From NCBI GenBank assembly GCA_002269645.1, contig NIVC01003135.1, positions 1 to 31,867 of the forward strand: a stretch of 31,867 bases of DNA, given 5' to 3'. Made by a program: the position numbers and the translations under genes. The notes beneath the pieces were generated by a model. That model saw only the letters and a program-made list of their open reading frames with translations. It searched no databases and was not told the origin of the DNA. Of this stretch, positions 18,161 through 30,393 are shown piece after piece. Numbering within the stretch: the first letter of the stretch is position 1; each line of letters begins with the position of its first letter. The stretch comes from Macrostomum lignano (lineage: Eukaryota).

Positions 18161-20189
18161 AACAGTCAAGTTACATGTACGTATTCGAGACAGCTGCACC
18201 ACGAATTAGGGTGAAATGTCTCAATATTTAATTATGAAAATATACAGTCTCGCTTTAAATAGATTTTGTGAACTTACCTCAACGTGATCTTAAGTGAATC
18301 GGCTAGAGCACGCACCACAGAACAGAATCAGTTTTCACCACAGTTCTGTGGATGAGATAGAAAAGGGCCCGGGCAATATTTTTCCTTTGTGTCTACCTAA
18401 AGTTAATGACAAGACTTCTGTGCACCACCTAAGGCTATTCTAGCATTAGCATGTCAAGGCAACGTTAAGCTTGCTTCAATGCCAGACGTCAGCATACCCA
18501 GTCATCTTGATCCTGGTTTTCACCTGGACTTACATGTACCATCTGTATCGGTGCCCTTCGACTAAACGCTTGTCTTAGCGCGGTCTTTGACTCAAAATGG
18601 AGCAGTTCTCTTCGACTCAACATCTTCATCAATGCTATTCAAGTTAGCATCTGGATCAGTGCTTTCTAACTCAACAGCTGCACCAGCGGTCTTCGATTCA
18701 ACATAAATCTGCTCGACGATTATAAACTTAATTTTGCTGTCAGTGCTCTTGAATTGCTATTTGATGACTGGCAGATAACAACATTCATTTTCGATGCATG
18801 TCCGGACGACAGTGCATGGCTTTGGAATAATCTATTGTGCAATAGAATAAAGTCACATGGATCGAATACTCTATTGTGACTTGCCTAATTTCGATCGTTG
18901 CCGCAGCTGTTGTCAGACTTGACAATTGATTACCTTTGGCGGTACCAAAATCTTTGTCTTGCGTCGGCACAGTCATCATAGTCATCTCTCCATTTCACTA
19001 TACTGTACGACATGGCCAAGCGTGGTGCTAAGAGTGCATTGTAGAAAAGTTGCGGGGCAAAGCGACGTCATAGAGAGGAGAGGAGAAAATGTCGATGTAC
19101 GAGAAAAGCACCTTCAGGAAAACGGGAATCGGTTAGCAGAAGAGCGGGATGCCCCGGCTGTCAAGCGATCTGTTGTGACTGAAGCTGCACAAGGCCTCCG
19201 CTTACAGGCTGAGCTCACTTTTTTGATGTGCATCTGCTTGACCGGCTGCAGTATGGAAGGCTGCAGCATGGAAGGCAGCACCTTAAGTGCTTCCCGAAAT
19301 TCGGGTCGTCCGCGCGGTTGCAACTTTCATTGGACACAGGCTGTGTTCAAGAATATCCATGCCTTTGCGAATTGGTCTTCAATAGTCTTACAACTGTCGT
19401 GACGAATAAAGCGACACGCAGTGAGTCTGACTTAATCCTAACCCTAACCCATCGGCAGAGACTCGGATAATTCTCGCCCTTTGGTTCTTTGGGATCCGCC
19501 CCAAATATCTGGTTGCACTACTTCCCAAACATTTATGTAACTGTCTATAGACTTCTCACATATATTACTTAATGCAGTCAGCTCCGATACGCTTTATCTC
19601 TCATTCATTAGATTCCTACTAGCAATCCCCATTGGGGAGGCATCAAAGAAAGGAATAAAAGTTTCTGAATAAAATGAAACGTAGGTTTTGACTTTTCAAG
19701 TTACTATCGTTAATTTCTTAACGATATACATGTAAATCCAAGGACCACTAAAAGTTACCGTTGTATCGATACAACGCATGTTGTAGTGGTCCTTCGACCT
19801 TGTATAAATCTAAGGTGATGAAATCAGTCTAAGATGTAGTGCATGCATGGAATTGATCCATTTTTGCAAAAGACTGAGCACAGAGACCCGCGGCATCTGT
19901 GGAATAAGCATATATTTATCTAATGATAATTTTTTTTAGATCATATAGCACTACAACATATTCACACAAGGCAGCGCAGAAGAATTTAAGTTATCATCTT
20001 TAATAATTTATTACGCCGTTAAAATGCTATTATAAGCTGAGAATATTCGCTGGTACAGCAGCTTCAAGTTGAGATGGTGCCAGCAACCGGCACTGGTCTG
20101 GCCATTCGCCAGGCACTGCCAGATCTTCATCGAGGTAAACGAAAAAGCTTTGTGCAAACGCGAGCTCAAGGTGGGGAATCAGAGGGGAG

Positions 20190-21085
20190 TGCAGCACACA
20201 GTGGGCAGCACACAGTAGACACAGTGGACCCTGTGGACACAGTGGGCAGCACACAGTAGACACAGGTGGACACAGTGGACCCTGTGGACACAGTGGGCAG
20301 CACACAGTAGACACAGGTGGACACAGTGGACCCTGTGGACACAATGGGCAGGACAAAGTGGACAGGAAGCAGTGGACAGGACACCAGGACACAGTGGACA
20401 GGACGCAGTGGACAGGACACCAGGACACAGTGAATACAATGGGCAGGACACCGGGACACAGTAGACACAGAAAACAGGACGCAGTGGACACAGCGGACAG
20501 GACGCAGTGGACAGGACACAGTGGATCCAGAGAACAGGACGCAGTGGGCAGGACACAGTGGATCCAGAGAACAGGACGCAGTGGGCAGGACACAGTGGAT
20601 CCAGAGAACAGGACGCAGTGGGCAGGACACAGTGGATCCAGAGAACAGGACGCAGTGGACAGGACACAGTGGATCCAGAGAACAGGACGCAGTGGGCAGG
20701 ACACAGTGGATCCAGAGAACAGGACGCAGTGGGCAGGACACAGTGGATCCAGAGAACAGGACGCAGTGGACAGGACACAGTGGATCCAGAGAACAGGACG
20801 CAGTGGGCAGGACACAGTGGATCCAGAGAACAGGACGCAGTGGACAGGACACAGTGGATCCAGAGAACAGGACGCAGTGGGCAGGACACAGTGGATCCAG
20901 AGAACAGGACGCAGTGGACAGGACACAGTGGACACAGAGAACAGGACGCAGTGGGCAGGACACAGTGGACACAGAGGACAGGACGCAGTGGACAGGACAC
21001 AGTGGACACAGAGGACAGGACGCAGTGGACAGGACACAGTGGACACAGAGGACAGGACGCAGTGGACAGGACACAGGGGACACAA
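20190..21085. repeat. Compound minisatellite; core 37-bp unit (GACACAGTGGATCCAGAGAACAGGACGCAGTGGGCAG) x~12 with related flanking units
   Basis: Direct observation; all subunits share ACAGTGG. Confidence 0.95.
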
Positions 21086-21887
21086 GAAGCACAGCAAAGT
21101 TAAAAGCTGCCTCCCAAAGCAGAAGTGCAGCAGCAGGCAGAGGCAAAATCTACAGGCGAGGAGGTAAAGTTTGACAGGCGAGCAAGCAGGGCTGTGACAG
21201 ATTAAGAAGCAGAGGAGGCGGTTTGCATGCGAGAGCAGTCGCTGAGATACTGCAGTGGATACTGCAGATTAACAAAAAGACACTAAAAATTATAACAAAA
21301 TTCCGATTCACAAATTTGATGAAAAAACGCAAACTCGATCTACGAGTGGCGTTCGCAAAGATCCGATTGAGCAGGCCTGCCTAGCAACTCTTGCTGTTCG
21401 AACAGACTCGCGAGAGATCTGCGTGCAGAACACGAAAGTCCAAGCTAAACAAAACAATTTGCAAGAATTCCCCAGATTCGAAACAGCCGTGGGGAAGCGA
21501 GAGCCGCTCGGCCCGCAAACGTGCAGAGCTCCTTGGCAGCAGACAGAAGGCACAGAGAAAAGGCGCTGACCTTCTCTATTTTTTATTTGGCCAGCAAACC
21601 GACGCGTCAAGGACAAAGATTGCACAGTTATTGAAACAAAGAGCGATCTTTGTTTTATTCTAAAAACAAACTGATAAAATGCTCACTACTCTATGCATAT
21701 ACGAGCGTAGATTTCTTATTTAAAAAGCGAAATTACAGTAGAAACGCAACATACAATTGTATGCTAAAAGATTAACAGAGAAAACTGCAGCGAAGCCTCC
21801 CTGCAGAACAATTAAGACCGCTTCGGCTGCAGCCTGGGATTGCGAAATCCACCGCGAAACAGCTTTATGGCCGATAGGGACCATGCT

Positions 21888-22050
21888 GACAGATTAGGGG
21901 AATACTCCTGACAGATTAGGGGCATACTCCTGACAGATTAGGGGTCATACTGCAGCTACTGCTGACATATTGGGGGCATACTCCTGACTTTTGACAGATT
22001 AGTGGGCATAAATGTACTCCTGACAAACTAGTGTTCATACTCCTGGCAGA
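21888..22050. repeat. Degenerate ~22-bp repeat (TGACAGATTAGGGGCATACTCC) in the Axin 3' region
   Basis: About 6-7 diverged copies. Confidence 0.8.
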
Positions 22051-22208
22051 ATAGGGTCATGGTTAGGGTTATAAAGGACAGAAGATTACGGAGAATAACG
22101 GAGTACTATAGGGGATTATGGAGGACTATGGGGGACTGTGGAGATAAAAATGAGCAGCCCCACAAGCACAAGCTACATGTGATAAAGTACAGAGGAAATG
22201 ACAGGCAG

Positions 22209-25200
22209 TCACTCCACGCGCTCCACTTTGCCCACCACCTTGCCCTCCCACAGGGGCAGCAGGTCGCCATCCGCCGTCACCTCTTCGAAAACGGCGCCGC
22301 CAGTGTCGAATTCGTCGGAGCGCTTCTTGAAAAAGTAGCGGTAGGCGCCGCGCTTGGGCAGCAGGCGCTTGAACTGCGCCAGGCTGATCTCCGGCTGCGG
22401 CCAGTCGTGACGGAACGGCACCGAGTCGCCGCAGAAGAAATACCCGACGGTCAGCTGCGCCTGCGGCTGCTGCTGAGGCGGCTGCGGAGTCTGCTGAGAG
22501 GGTGGCGCCATCTGGAAGCGGCGGTGGGGGACCAGCGGCTGCAGGTTTGATAGAGCAGCACAGACAGACATGTGCCCGAGGTCTGTCGGGCATACGCCAG
22601 CTATGCATTGGAAATGCGTCAGGCTTTTATTATAGATGTGTCAGTGCTTGGGTTGGAAGTGTGTCAGTGCTTGGGTTGCAAGTGTGTCAGTGCTTGGGTT
22701 GGAAGTGTGTCAGTGCTTGGGTTGGAAGTGTGTCAGTGCTTGGGTTGCAATAGTGTCAGTGCTTGGGTTGCAAGTGTGTCAGTGCTTGGGTTGGAAGTGT
22801 GTCAGTGCTTGGGTTGCAAGTGTTTCAGTGCTTGGGTTGCAAGTGTGTCAGTGCTTGGGTTGCAATAGTGTCAGTGCTTGGGTTGCAAGTGTGTCAGTGC
22901 TTGGGTTGCAAGTGTGTCAGTGCTTGGGTTGCAAGTGTTTCAGTGCTTGGGTTGCAAGTGTGTCAGTGCTTGGGTTGCAAGTGTGTCAGTGCGTCAGTGC
23001 TTGGGTTGCAAGTGTGTCAGTGCTTGGGTTTGAAGTGTGTCAGAGCAGTGTTGCAAGTGTGTCAGAGCAGTGCTGCAAGTGTGTCAGAGCAGTGTTGCAA
23101 GTGTGTCAGAGCAGTGTTGGAAGTGTGTCAGAGCAGTGCTGCAAGTGTGTCAGAGCAGTGTTGCAAGTGTGTCAGAGCAGTGCTGCAAGTGTGTCAGAGC
23201 AGTGCTGCAAGTGTGTCAGAGGCTCACCATCTGCAGGCGCCGCCTGGCCTCCTCAATGACATTGTCGGTGTGCGGCCGGTCGAGTACCGGCATGTTCAAG
23301 TCGGAGGCCAGCGGTTGCCTTGGCAACGACATGCCGCCAGCCTGAGACGAGGCGTGCAGAGCCACCCGCTCGTGCAGCTGCCGGCCGGGGACGGCCGTAG
23401 CGGAGGTGGCGGTGGCGGCTGCCGCGGAGGCGACGTCCCCAAAGCCGAAGCGGGACCGGCTGGAGACGGTGCCGCCGAAGCCGGAGTCCGCAGTTGAGGG
23501 GGCCGCCGCCATCGCGGCCGCAGCTGTTGAGACGGCAGCGGCGGCGCTGCCGGGGACAGCGGCGGAGGTCGCGGCGGAGGAGCTGCAGCTGGTGGAGGCG
23601 CCAAGCGCCGCTGCTCCGCTGCGCTTGCCGACGACGCCGATGCCGCCACTGCTGCCGCTGCGTCCGCGGCCGCCGCTGCGACCTCCGCCGCGCAGGATGT
23701 GGTGGTGATGGTGATGGTGATAAACCAGCAGGTTCGGATCGGATATCGAGTGAGGCGCGCTGGCCCGTTGGTCAAGGACTTCGTGCACGTGTCTGGACGG
23801 GGCGGGTAGAGAAAGTTGAAGCCAATAGGAAAACTTGATGATGTCAAATCGGCAATATGCTCATACGCCTACTCACAAGTAGGCTGTAGAAAAATGTAGA
23901 AAACAATTTGACACACAAATATCATTTTCATATAAATTTCAGGCAAAAATCCAGCAGCTATCAGAAACCCCACGTCAGTGATCACACACGCATGTCAGAC
24001 AGTGATCACACACGCATGTCAGACAGTGATCACACGCCTGTCAGACAGTGATCACACGCCTGTCAGACAGTGATCACAGACGCATGTCAGACAGTGATCA
24101 CACACGCCTGTCAGACAGTGATCACACACCTGTTAGACAGTGATCACACACGCATGTCAGACAGTGATCACACACCTGTTAGACAGTGATCACACACGCA
24201 TGTCAGACAGTGATCACACACCTGTTAGACAGTGATCACACACGCATGTCAGACAGTGATCACACACCTGTTAGACAGTGATCACACACGCATGTCAGAC
24301 AGTGATCACACACCTGTTAGACAGTGATCACACACGCATGTCAGACAGTGATCACACACCTGTTAGACAGTGATCACACACGCATGTCAGACAGTGATCA
24401 CACGCCTGCCAGACAGTGATCACACACCTGCCAGACAGTGATCACACACCTGTTAGACAGTGATCACACACCTGCCAGACAGTGATCACACGCCTGCCAG
24501 ACAGTGATCACACACCTGTTAGACAGTGATCACACACCTGCCAGACAGTGATCACACGCCTGCCAGACAGTGATCACACGCCTGCCAGACAGTGATCACA
24601 CACCTGTAGCAGTCAGCACTAACGGGACAGCCATTAGCCTCACCTGTCTAAGATCTGCTCAGGCGTGTCAGACGAGCTGCTCTGCATCACCCGGCCGATG
24701 ATCCGCCGGGCCCAAGGCTCGTTCAGCAGGTCGCGCGCCGGGGGAGCCGACGGCTGGGGCAGCGGCTGCTGCTGTGACGGAGATTGCGAGCCGGCGGCTT
24801 TGGCGGCCGCGGCTGGTGGGGTAACCGCGGAGTCGCCGCCACCGGTGGAGCCGGCCGCCTGGCCGAGCAGCAGCAGCTGCTGCAGCTTGTCGGACAGCAG
24901 CCTGGCGAAGGCTGGCGGATTCGAAGTGGCGTCGCAGGCGGCCGTCGCTGAGGACGACAACGTCTGGGGCGGCGCGACGGCGGCTGCTGCGGCAGCTGCT
25001 GCTACGGCCCGCCTTCTCCGCCGACTGGCGACGGCGGCGCGGGCGGCCTCGAGACTGCCGCTGCCGGTGTCAGTCAGCAGCGACTGCGTGTCCGAGGTAG
25101 TGGTGGTCGGCGCGTCCGACGACAGCGAGGCCGTCTGCGGCAGCGAGTCCGGCAGGGAGGCGGCGGACAGCGAGCTGCCCACGTAGTATGGGAGAGCCAG

Positions 25201-27076
25201 GCCGGCCCTGCCCAGCCTGCGGGGGATTCGAGGGAATAACAGCTTGCAGCGGCATGCGCTGGCCCAGCAACTGGGGATCTGGGAGGCTGGTACAGCAACT
25301 GACACTCTGGGAAGCTGGCCCAGCAACTGGGGATCTGGGAGGCTGGCCCAACAACTGGGGATTTGGGAGGCTGGCCCAGCAACTGAGGATTTGGGAGGCT
25401 GGCCCAGCAACTGAGGATCAGGGAGGCTGGCCCAACAACTGGGGATTTGGGAGGCTGGCCCAGCAACTGAGGATCTGGGAGGCTGGCCCAGCAACTGAGG
25501 ATCTGGGAGGCTGGCCCAGCAACTGAGGATCTGGGAGGCTGGCCCAGCAACTGAGGATCTGGGAGGCTGGCCCAGCAACTGGGGATCTGGGAGGCTGGCC
25601 CAGCAACTGAGGATCTGGGAAGCAACTGAGGATCAGGGAAGCTGGCCCAGCAACTGAGGATCTGGGAGGCTGGCCCAGCAACTGAGGATCTGGGAGGCTG
25701 GCCCAGCAACTGAGGATTTGGGAGGCTGGCCCAGCAACTGGAGAGCTGGAAACGGAGTAGTCAGACGTTCGTGAAGCTCCTTACCCAGCGCAGTCGGCAG
25801 TAAAGGCGGCAGCGGCGCCCCGCTCCCGTACGGTGGCCATGAGGTTGCGGCTTGTGAGGTCCAGGGAGCCGCCGCCGCCGCTGTGGCAGGACCGCGACCG
25901 CGGCACGGAGCTCGCCCGGGCGTTGCGCGCCGCAGCCGCTGACGCCGCCCCGCCGCCACCGACAACGTCAGCAGTGGCGGCGGCCGCGGCAGCGGAGGAG
26001 GTCGCCAGCTCGAATCCAGAGCCGCCGCCGCGCTCGCCCCACCAGCGAGCGAAGCTGGGATAGACCCGGTGCGCAAGAAACTGCGCCACCTCCTGCACAG
26101 CGCAGTCGAACACGCTGGCGTCGCAGTCGTCGCCGGCCTGCAGTCGCTCGTGGATGCTCTGCCGCGCCGCCACACTGATAGGCAGGTGCTCCTCGCGGCG
26201 AATGTAGCGCCTGTCTATGGCCAGAACCACGCGGCGACACCTTGGGGCGAGGCCGGGAATTGAATGATTTGAAATGCAGATTGGAATGAATTCTAAGTTA
26301 GCGCAGAGCTGAAGGATTGGCTATTGTTCCTGAAGGATTGGCTATTGTTCCTGAAGGATTGGCTATTGTTCCTGAAGGATTGGCTATTGTTCCTGAAGGA
26401 TTGGCTATTGTTCCTGAAGGATTGGCTATTGTTCCTGAAGGATTGGCTATTGTTCCTGAAGGATTGGCTATTGTTCCTGAAGGATTGGCTATTGTTCCTG
26501 AAGGATTGGCTATTGTTCCTGAAGGATTGGCTATTGTTCCTGAAGGATTGGCTATTGTTCCTGAAGGATTGGCTATTGTTCCTGAAGGATTGGCTATTGT
26601 TCCTGAAGGATTGGCTATTGTTCCTGAAGGATTGGCTATTGTTCCTGAAGGATTGGCTATTGTTCCTGAAGGATTGGCTATTGTTCCTGAAGGATTGGCT
26701 ATTGTTCCTGAAGGATTGGCTATTGTTCCTGAAGGATTGGCTATTGTTCCTGAAGGATTGGCTATTGTTCCTGAAGGATTGGCTAGTGTTCCTGAAGGAT
26801 TGGCTATTGTTCCTGAAGGATTGGTCCTTGAGTGCGGTGCTTGGTCAAAGCCTAAAGAGACGCCGCCCACCTCCTGTCGCTGTATCCCTGCTCCTGCTTG
26901 GCCCGGAGGCCTCGCACGGCAAAGTAGAAGTCGAAGGCGCGGGCCTGCTTCGGCCAGGCGAGCTCCATGAACTGCTTGAGCAGCTGGACGCCCTCCGGAT
27001 CGTCCAGAAGGCCCTGCAGGCCGCCGTCGAGCCAGCGACATTCGCCGATGCCGCCGCCCTGGCCGGGGTTGGTCAT
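22209..27076 (-). CDS. AXIN: Axin (Wnt destruction-complex scaffold), 5 exons: join(27076..26871, 26240..25785, 25216..24644, 23792..23228, 22538..22209), ~709 aa
   Basis: RGS domain (RWLDGGLQGLLDDPEG...FDFYFAVRGL...VYPSF), PYYV, SLSSDA, GSK3-binding NPPAFARLLSDKL, beta-catenin-binding PEQILDRHV, poly-His, IEEARRRL and a C-terminal DIX domain (YFFCGDSVPF...YRYFFKKRSDEF...KVVGKVERVE). Introns are GT-AG with phases 2,2,2,0, and the exons sum to 2130 nt. Confidence 0.95.
22637..23220. repeat. 23-bp (GTGTGTCAGTGCTTGGGTTGCAA) grading into 22-bp (GTGTGTCAGAGCAGTGTTGCAA) minisatellite in Axin intron 4
   Basis: Direct observation. Confidence 0.96.
23975..24607. repeat. 24/26-bp minisatellite (core CAGACAGTGATCACAC) in Axin intron 3
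   Basis: Direct observation; the centre alternates 26- and 24-bp units. Confidence 0.96.
25258..25742. repeat. 28-bp minisatellite (CTGGGAGGCTGGCCCAGCAACTGAGGAT) x~17 in Axin intron 2
   Basis: Direct observation. Confidence 0.96.
26302..26823. repeat. 21-bp minisatellite (GAAGGATTGGCTATTGTTCCT) x~25 in Axin intron 1
   Basis: Direct observation; nearly homogeneous. Confidence 0.98.
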
Positions 27077-27184
27077 GACGACGGCAGCAACGGCTGCGGA
27101 GTCGATGCCGACCTGGTGCTGGCGGAGCTGCTAGCGAGCTGCGGGAGAGACCGCCCGAAGCCGCTGGTTTATGAGCTGCACTCA

Positions 27185-27490
27185 CTGGCCACAGACTATC
27201 AGAGCAGGTCTTTGTCGGCAGCACAACTGTCAGATCAGACAAATAAAAGCCAGCACAAAAAACTGGCCACAGACTAACAGCAGGTCTTTGTCGGCAGCTC
27301 AACTGTCAGATCAGACAAATAAAAGCCAGCACAAAAAACTGGCCACAGACTAACAGCAGGTCTTTGTCGGCAGCGCAACTGTCAGATCAGACAAATAAAA
27401 GCCAGCACAAAAAACTGGCCACAGACTAACAGCAGGTCTTTGTCGGCAGCGCAACTGTCAGATCAGACAAATAAAAGCCAGCACAAAAAA
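27185..27490. repeat. 76-bp tandem repeat x4 upstream of Axin
   Basis: Units start at 27185, 27263, 27339 and 27415. Confidence 0.96.
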
Positions 27491-29544
27491 CACACAGTGA
27501 CAACTGCCGACAAGACTGCCCAGACAAGAGCTGTCAGGGGGGGAGGAAAGAGATAAGAGAATCATGTCTGGCTCTGCGCCTCTGCCACTGATAACTGTGG
27601 CTTGGAACTCTGCTTTTGCAGCCAGAGCAATGCTTAATGCTTAAAGCTTAAAGCTGTCAAAAATAAGCTTGGGCTTGAAGGCCAGCACAATGTTGCTAAA
27701 ATTTATGAGCTGCACACACTTTACCTTTTGCTGCCCTCTACTCATTAACTAATAAACATAGCACATTTTTATTCAGCTCAGTGTTGTGCTAGCAGCATTG
27801 CAAACTGGCCAAATTATGAAAATCATAATCTTCACTGCTTAACAATGCTTTCATGCCCTTTTTTGAAGAATACTCTGATAATTTTTCTACTGTTCACCTA
27901 AACAGAGAGCAGGATATACATAATTTTATAATTCTATGAAAAAAATTACTAAATTAGATCAACTCATAGCAGCATTTCATAAAATTAGGCAATTTTAATT
28001 TGAATTTACTTGACCAATTTCACATTCATGATATTTGCTTTAAATTGACATGATAGTTTGAACTTGCATGGTTTTAGTCCCACAAAAACCATTCTTTTTT
28101 GTAGAATGGTAACAAATGGATAGGGTTTATAAATTTTGCTAGCAAGAAATCTGTTAGCCAAAATTTGCCAATAAAGATTTTGCTAACTAAATTCTAAAAT
28201 ATGCTAGTAGTAATTTCTCTAAAAGAAATTTGCTAGTAAGAATTTTGCAAGCAATGCTTTTGTTTACTAAAATCTGCTAGTGGAAATACAGTAATTGAAT
28301 ATATAGCTATAATTCTTATGATACTTATTTTTTCTATAAAATAAGAAAAAATATTTATAAATAATTGATTTCACTAACTCTAATTATTAACAATATGTCT
28401 TCAATTATGCTAAAGGTATATTTTAGCATATTGTATATCTTATGTTATTGAATATTGGTATATTGTATTCCCAAATGTGGCCAATTATCTATTGACAACT
28501 ATACTCGTAATCCCTATATAGCAAAATCATTGTTAGTAAACTTTAGCTAGGCCTAGCAAATTTTGTACTCCCATATAGATACCATGGCTTACATATTTTA
28601 ATACTATGAAAGCTTAAGATAAGCTATTGACTATTGAAAGTTTTCATTGAAGCAGACTAATTTGATATAATTGATATGATAAACTATTGTAACAGGTCGT
28701 TTATCGGTAGTCTCTGAAAGGCCTCTCATGCCAACTACCTTACACGCCTGCTACCCCTCGCCACAACAGACAGAAGCTTCGAAGAACTGAGACAAGTCCT
28801 TTTCTTAGGTTTGAGCTCAAACTCTACTAAACTTGGCAGTGGAGAGCCTCAGCTCTTTCAATTGCATTGTATTTATAATCCTGACATTGTGCTCTGGGGC
28901 AGCGTTGGGTGGTGGCATGATATTTTTCCGCTCCACCCATCTTATTTGCTTTTTTGCATAGTTAGGCAGTTAGATAAATTAACACAGAGAGGGCATGCAT
29001 GGTCTGCATGGCTGTTTTAGTGCAGGCAAATGGGTGGGTCTAACATTAAATATCTATGATAAGTTTGTAATAGCATATCAGCATTTTGAATGCTGATAAC
29101 TATATAGGCATAGGCCTAATTAGTTGACTTTTACTCTGATTGTTGATTTGATACTTTAATTTTTTTTGACTAAAAGTTTGAAAAAATCTAGAAAATGATT
29201 TTGAGCAAAAAACCAAATGATTACTAGAATCTTTATAAGGCAAAATTATATAAGTTATATTAGCAAATTTAGCTTCAGGTATAAGGTATTTAACTAAATT
29301 TGATCAATACTAATAATAGTTGTAGTCCTTATAAATTTAAATGAAAAATTATGCAAGTGTGACAGGCCTTTTGGCTCTGTCTTTCTAAACTTCTAACTAT
29401 TAGTGTTTATTAAATATCCTACGAGCTGCCACCAAAGTTGTTACAGGCCTTTCACCTCTTACTTTATCAATTTTAATCCCACCGATTTGCCAACTACTTG
29501 CTTTTACTCCCTAACTATTTCTTAGAATTTCATTTAAATATTTC

Positions 29545-29640
29545 TGGGTAGCGTTCTTAGTAGCGTTTCTGGTAGCGTTCTTAGTAGCGTTTCTGGTAGC
29601 TTATGGCTTGCTTTCTGGTAGCGTTCTAGTAGCTTATGGC
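29545..29640. repeat. Short degenerate repeat (GTAGCGTT[TC]CT...)
   Basis: Several diverged copies. Confidence 0.65.
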
Positions 29641-30393
29641 CTGAGCGGTCTAGTACTGGTATATGTATTAGTGTATAGTCCTAATCGGGCGTTCACCAAG
29701 ACTAGAGGGTCACGGCGCCTCTCTTAGTATATCTCCAGGAATTAGTCCCAATTCCCTTCTCTTAGCAAATTTCTTAGAATCGTTTCACAGGTTTTGCAAA
29801 TGAAGAAGTCGCTATTTAGCTCAAAGACTTTGAAATGGTTTAGATTGAACTGCTTATTCTGTTCGCAATTATTTGCTCACGGGTAAAAGACAGTTAGAGT
29901 ATATTTGTCGCGAAACCGCTCCTATATATAGTGATTTTCCCCACATACGATTAAAACAAAAAATAATTCTCCAATTTATTTCGCGCATTAAAACAAACTA
30001 TTATTTGGCGTTCGCGTAGATTCAGTTTCTAAGAAAGATTCGAATATACAGTTATTACATTGAAAGAACATTCGAGTATACTATGATAAAGGCATAGCAC
30101 TAGTACAACTTTCCTCCTCTATATATCAAATTTTGAACGAAATACTATATTATATGTATACAGTGAAAAATTGATATCGTAGGAAAATGCAGGTGAAAAG
30201 GTGCAAAGCAAGGTGCAGAAAACACAATTCAGTGCTAAAACAATTGGTGCATAAAATGGTTGTGATAGAACTATTATGTAGGTAAACCATTAAAGTGAGA
30301 ACTATTATGGAAGCAAAACGAACTATTATAAAAGTATTATAAAAGGCAAAATTGTTATTAAAGGCAACGCAAAAGTTAGTTCACCTCAATAGT

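Noticed and set aside
18926-19470. THAP domain or other N-terminal part of the P-element
   Set aside because: Only scattered Cys/His residues across stops; the C2CH spacing could not be established.
20030-21174. Cys-rich or Trp/Gln-rich 200-355-aa ORFs
   Set aside because: Translations of the 37-bp array in several frames on both strands, with no domain structure.
26298-27302. (NPSGTIA)n, (AIVPEGL)n and (FLKDWLL)n ORFs
   Set aside because: The 21-bp intronic repeat lacks stops in several frames. The Axin exon structure explains the region.
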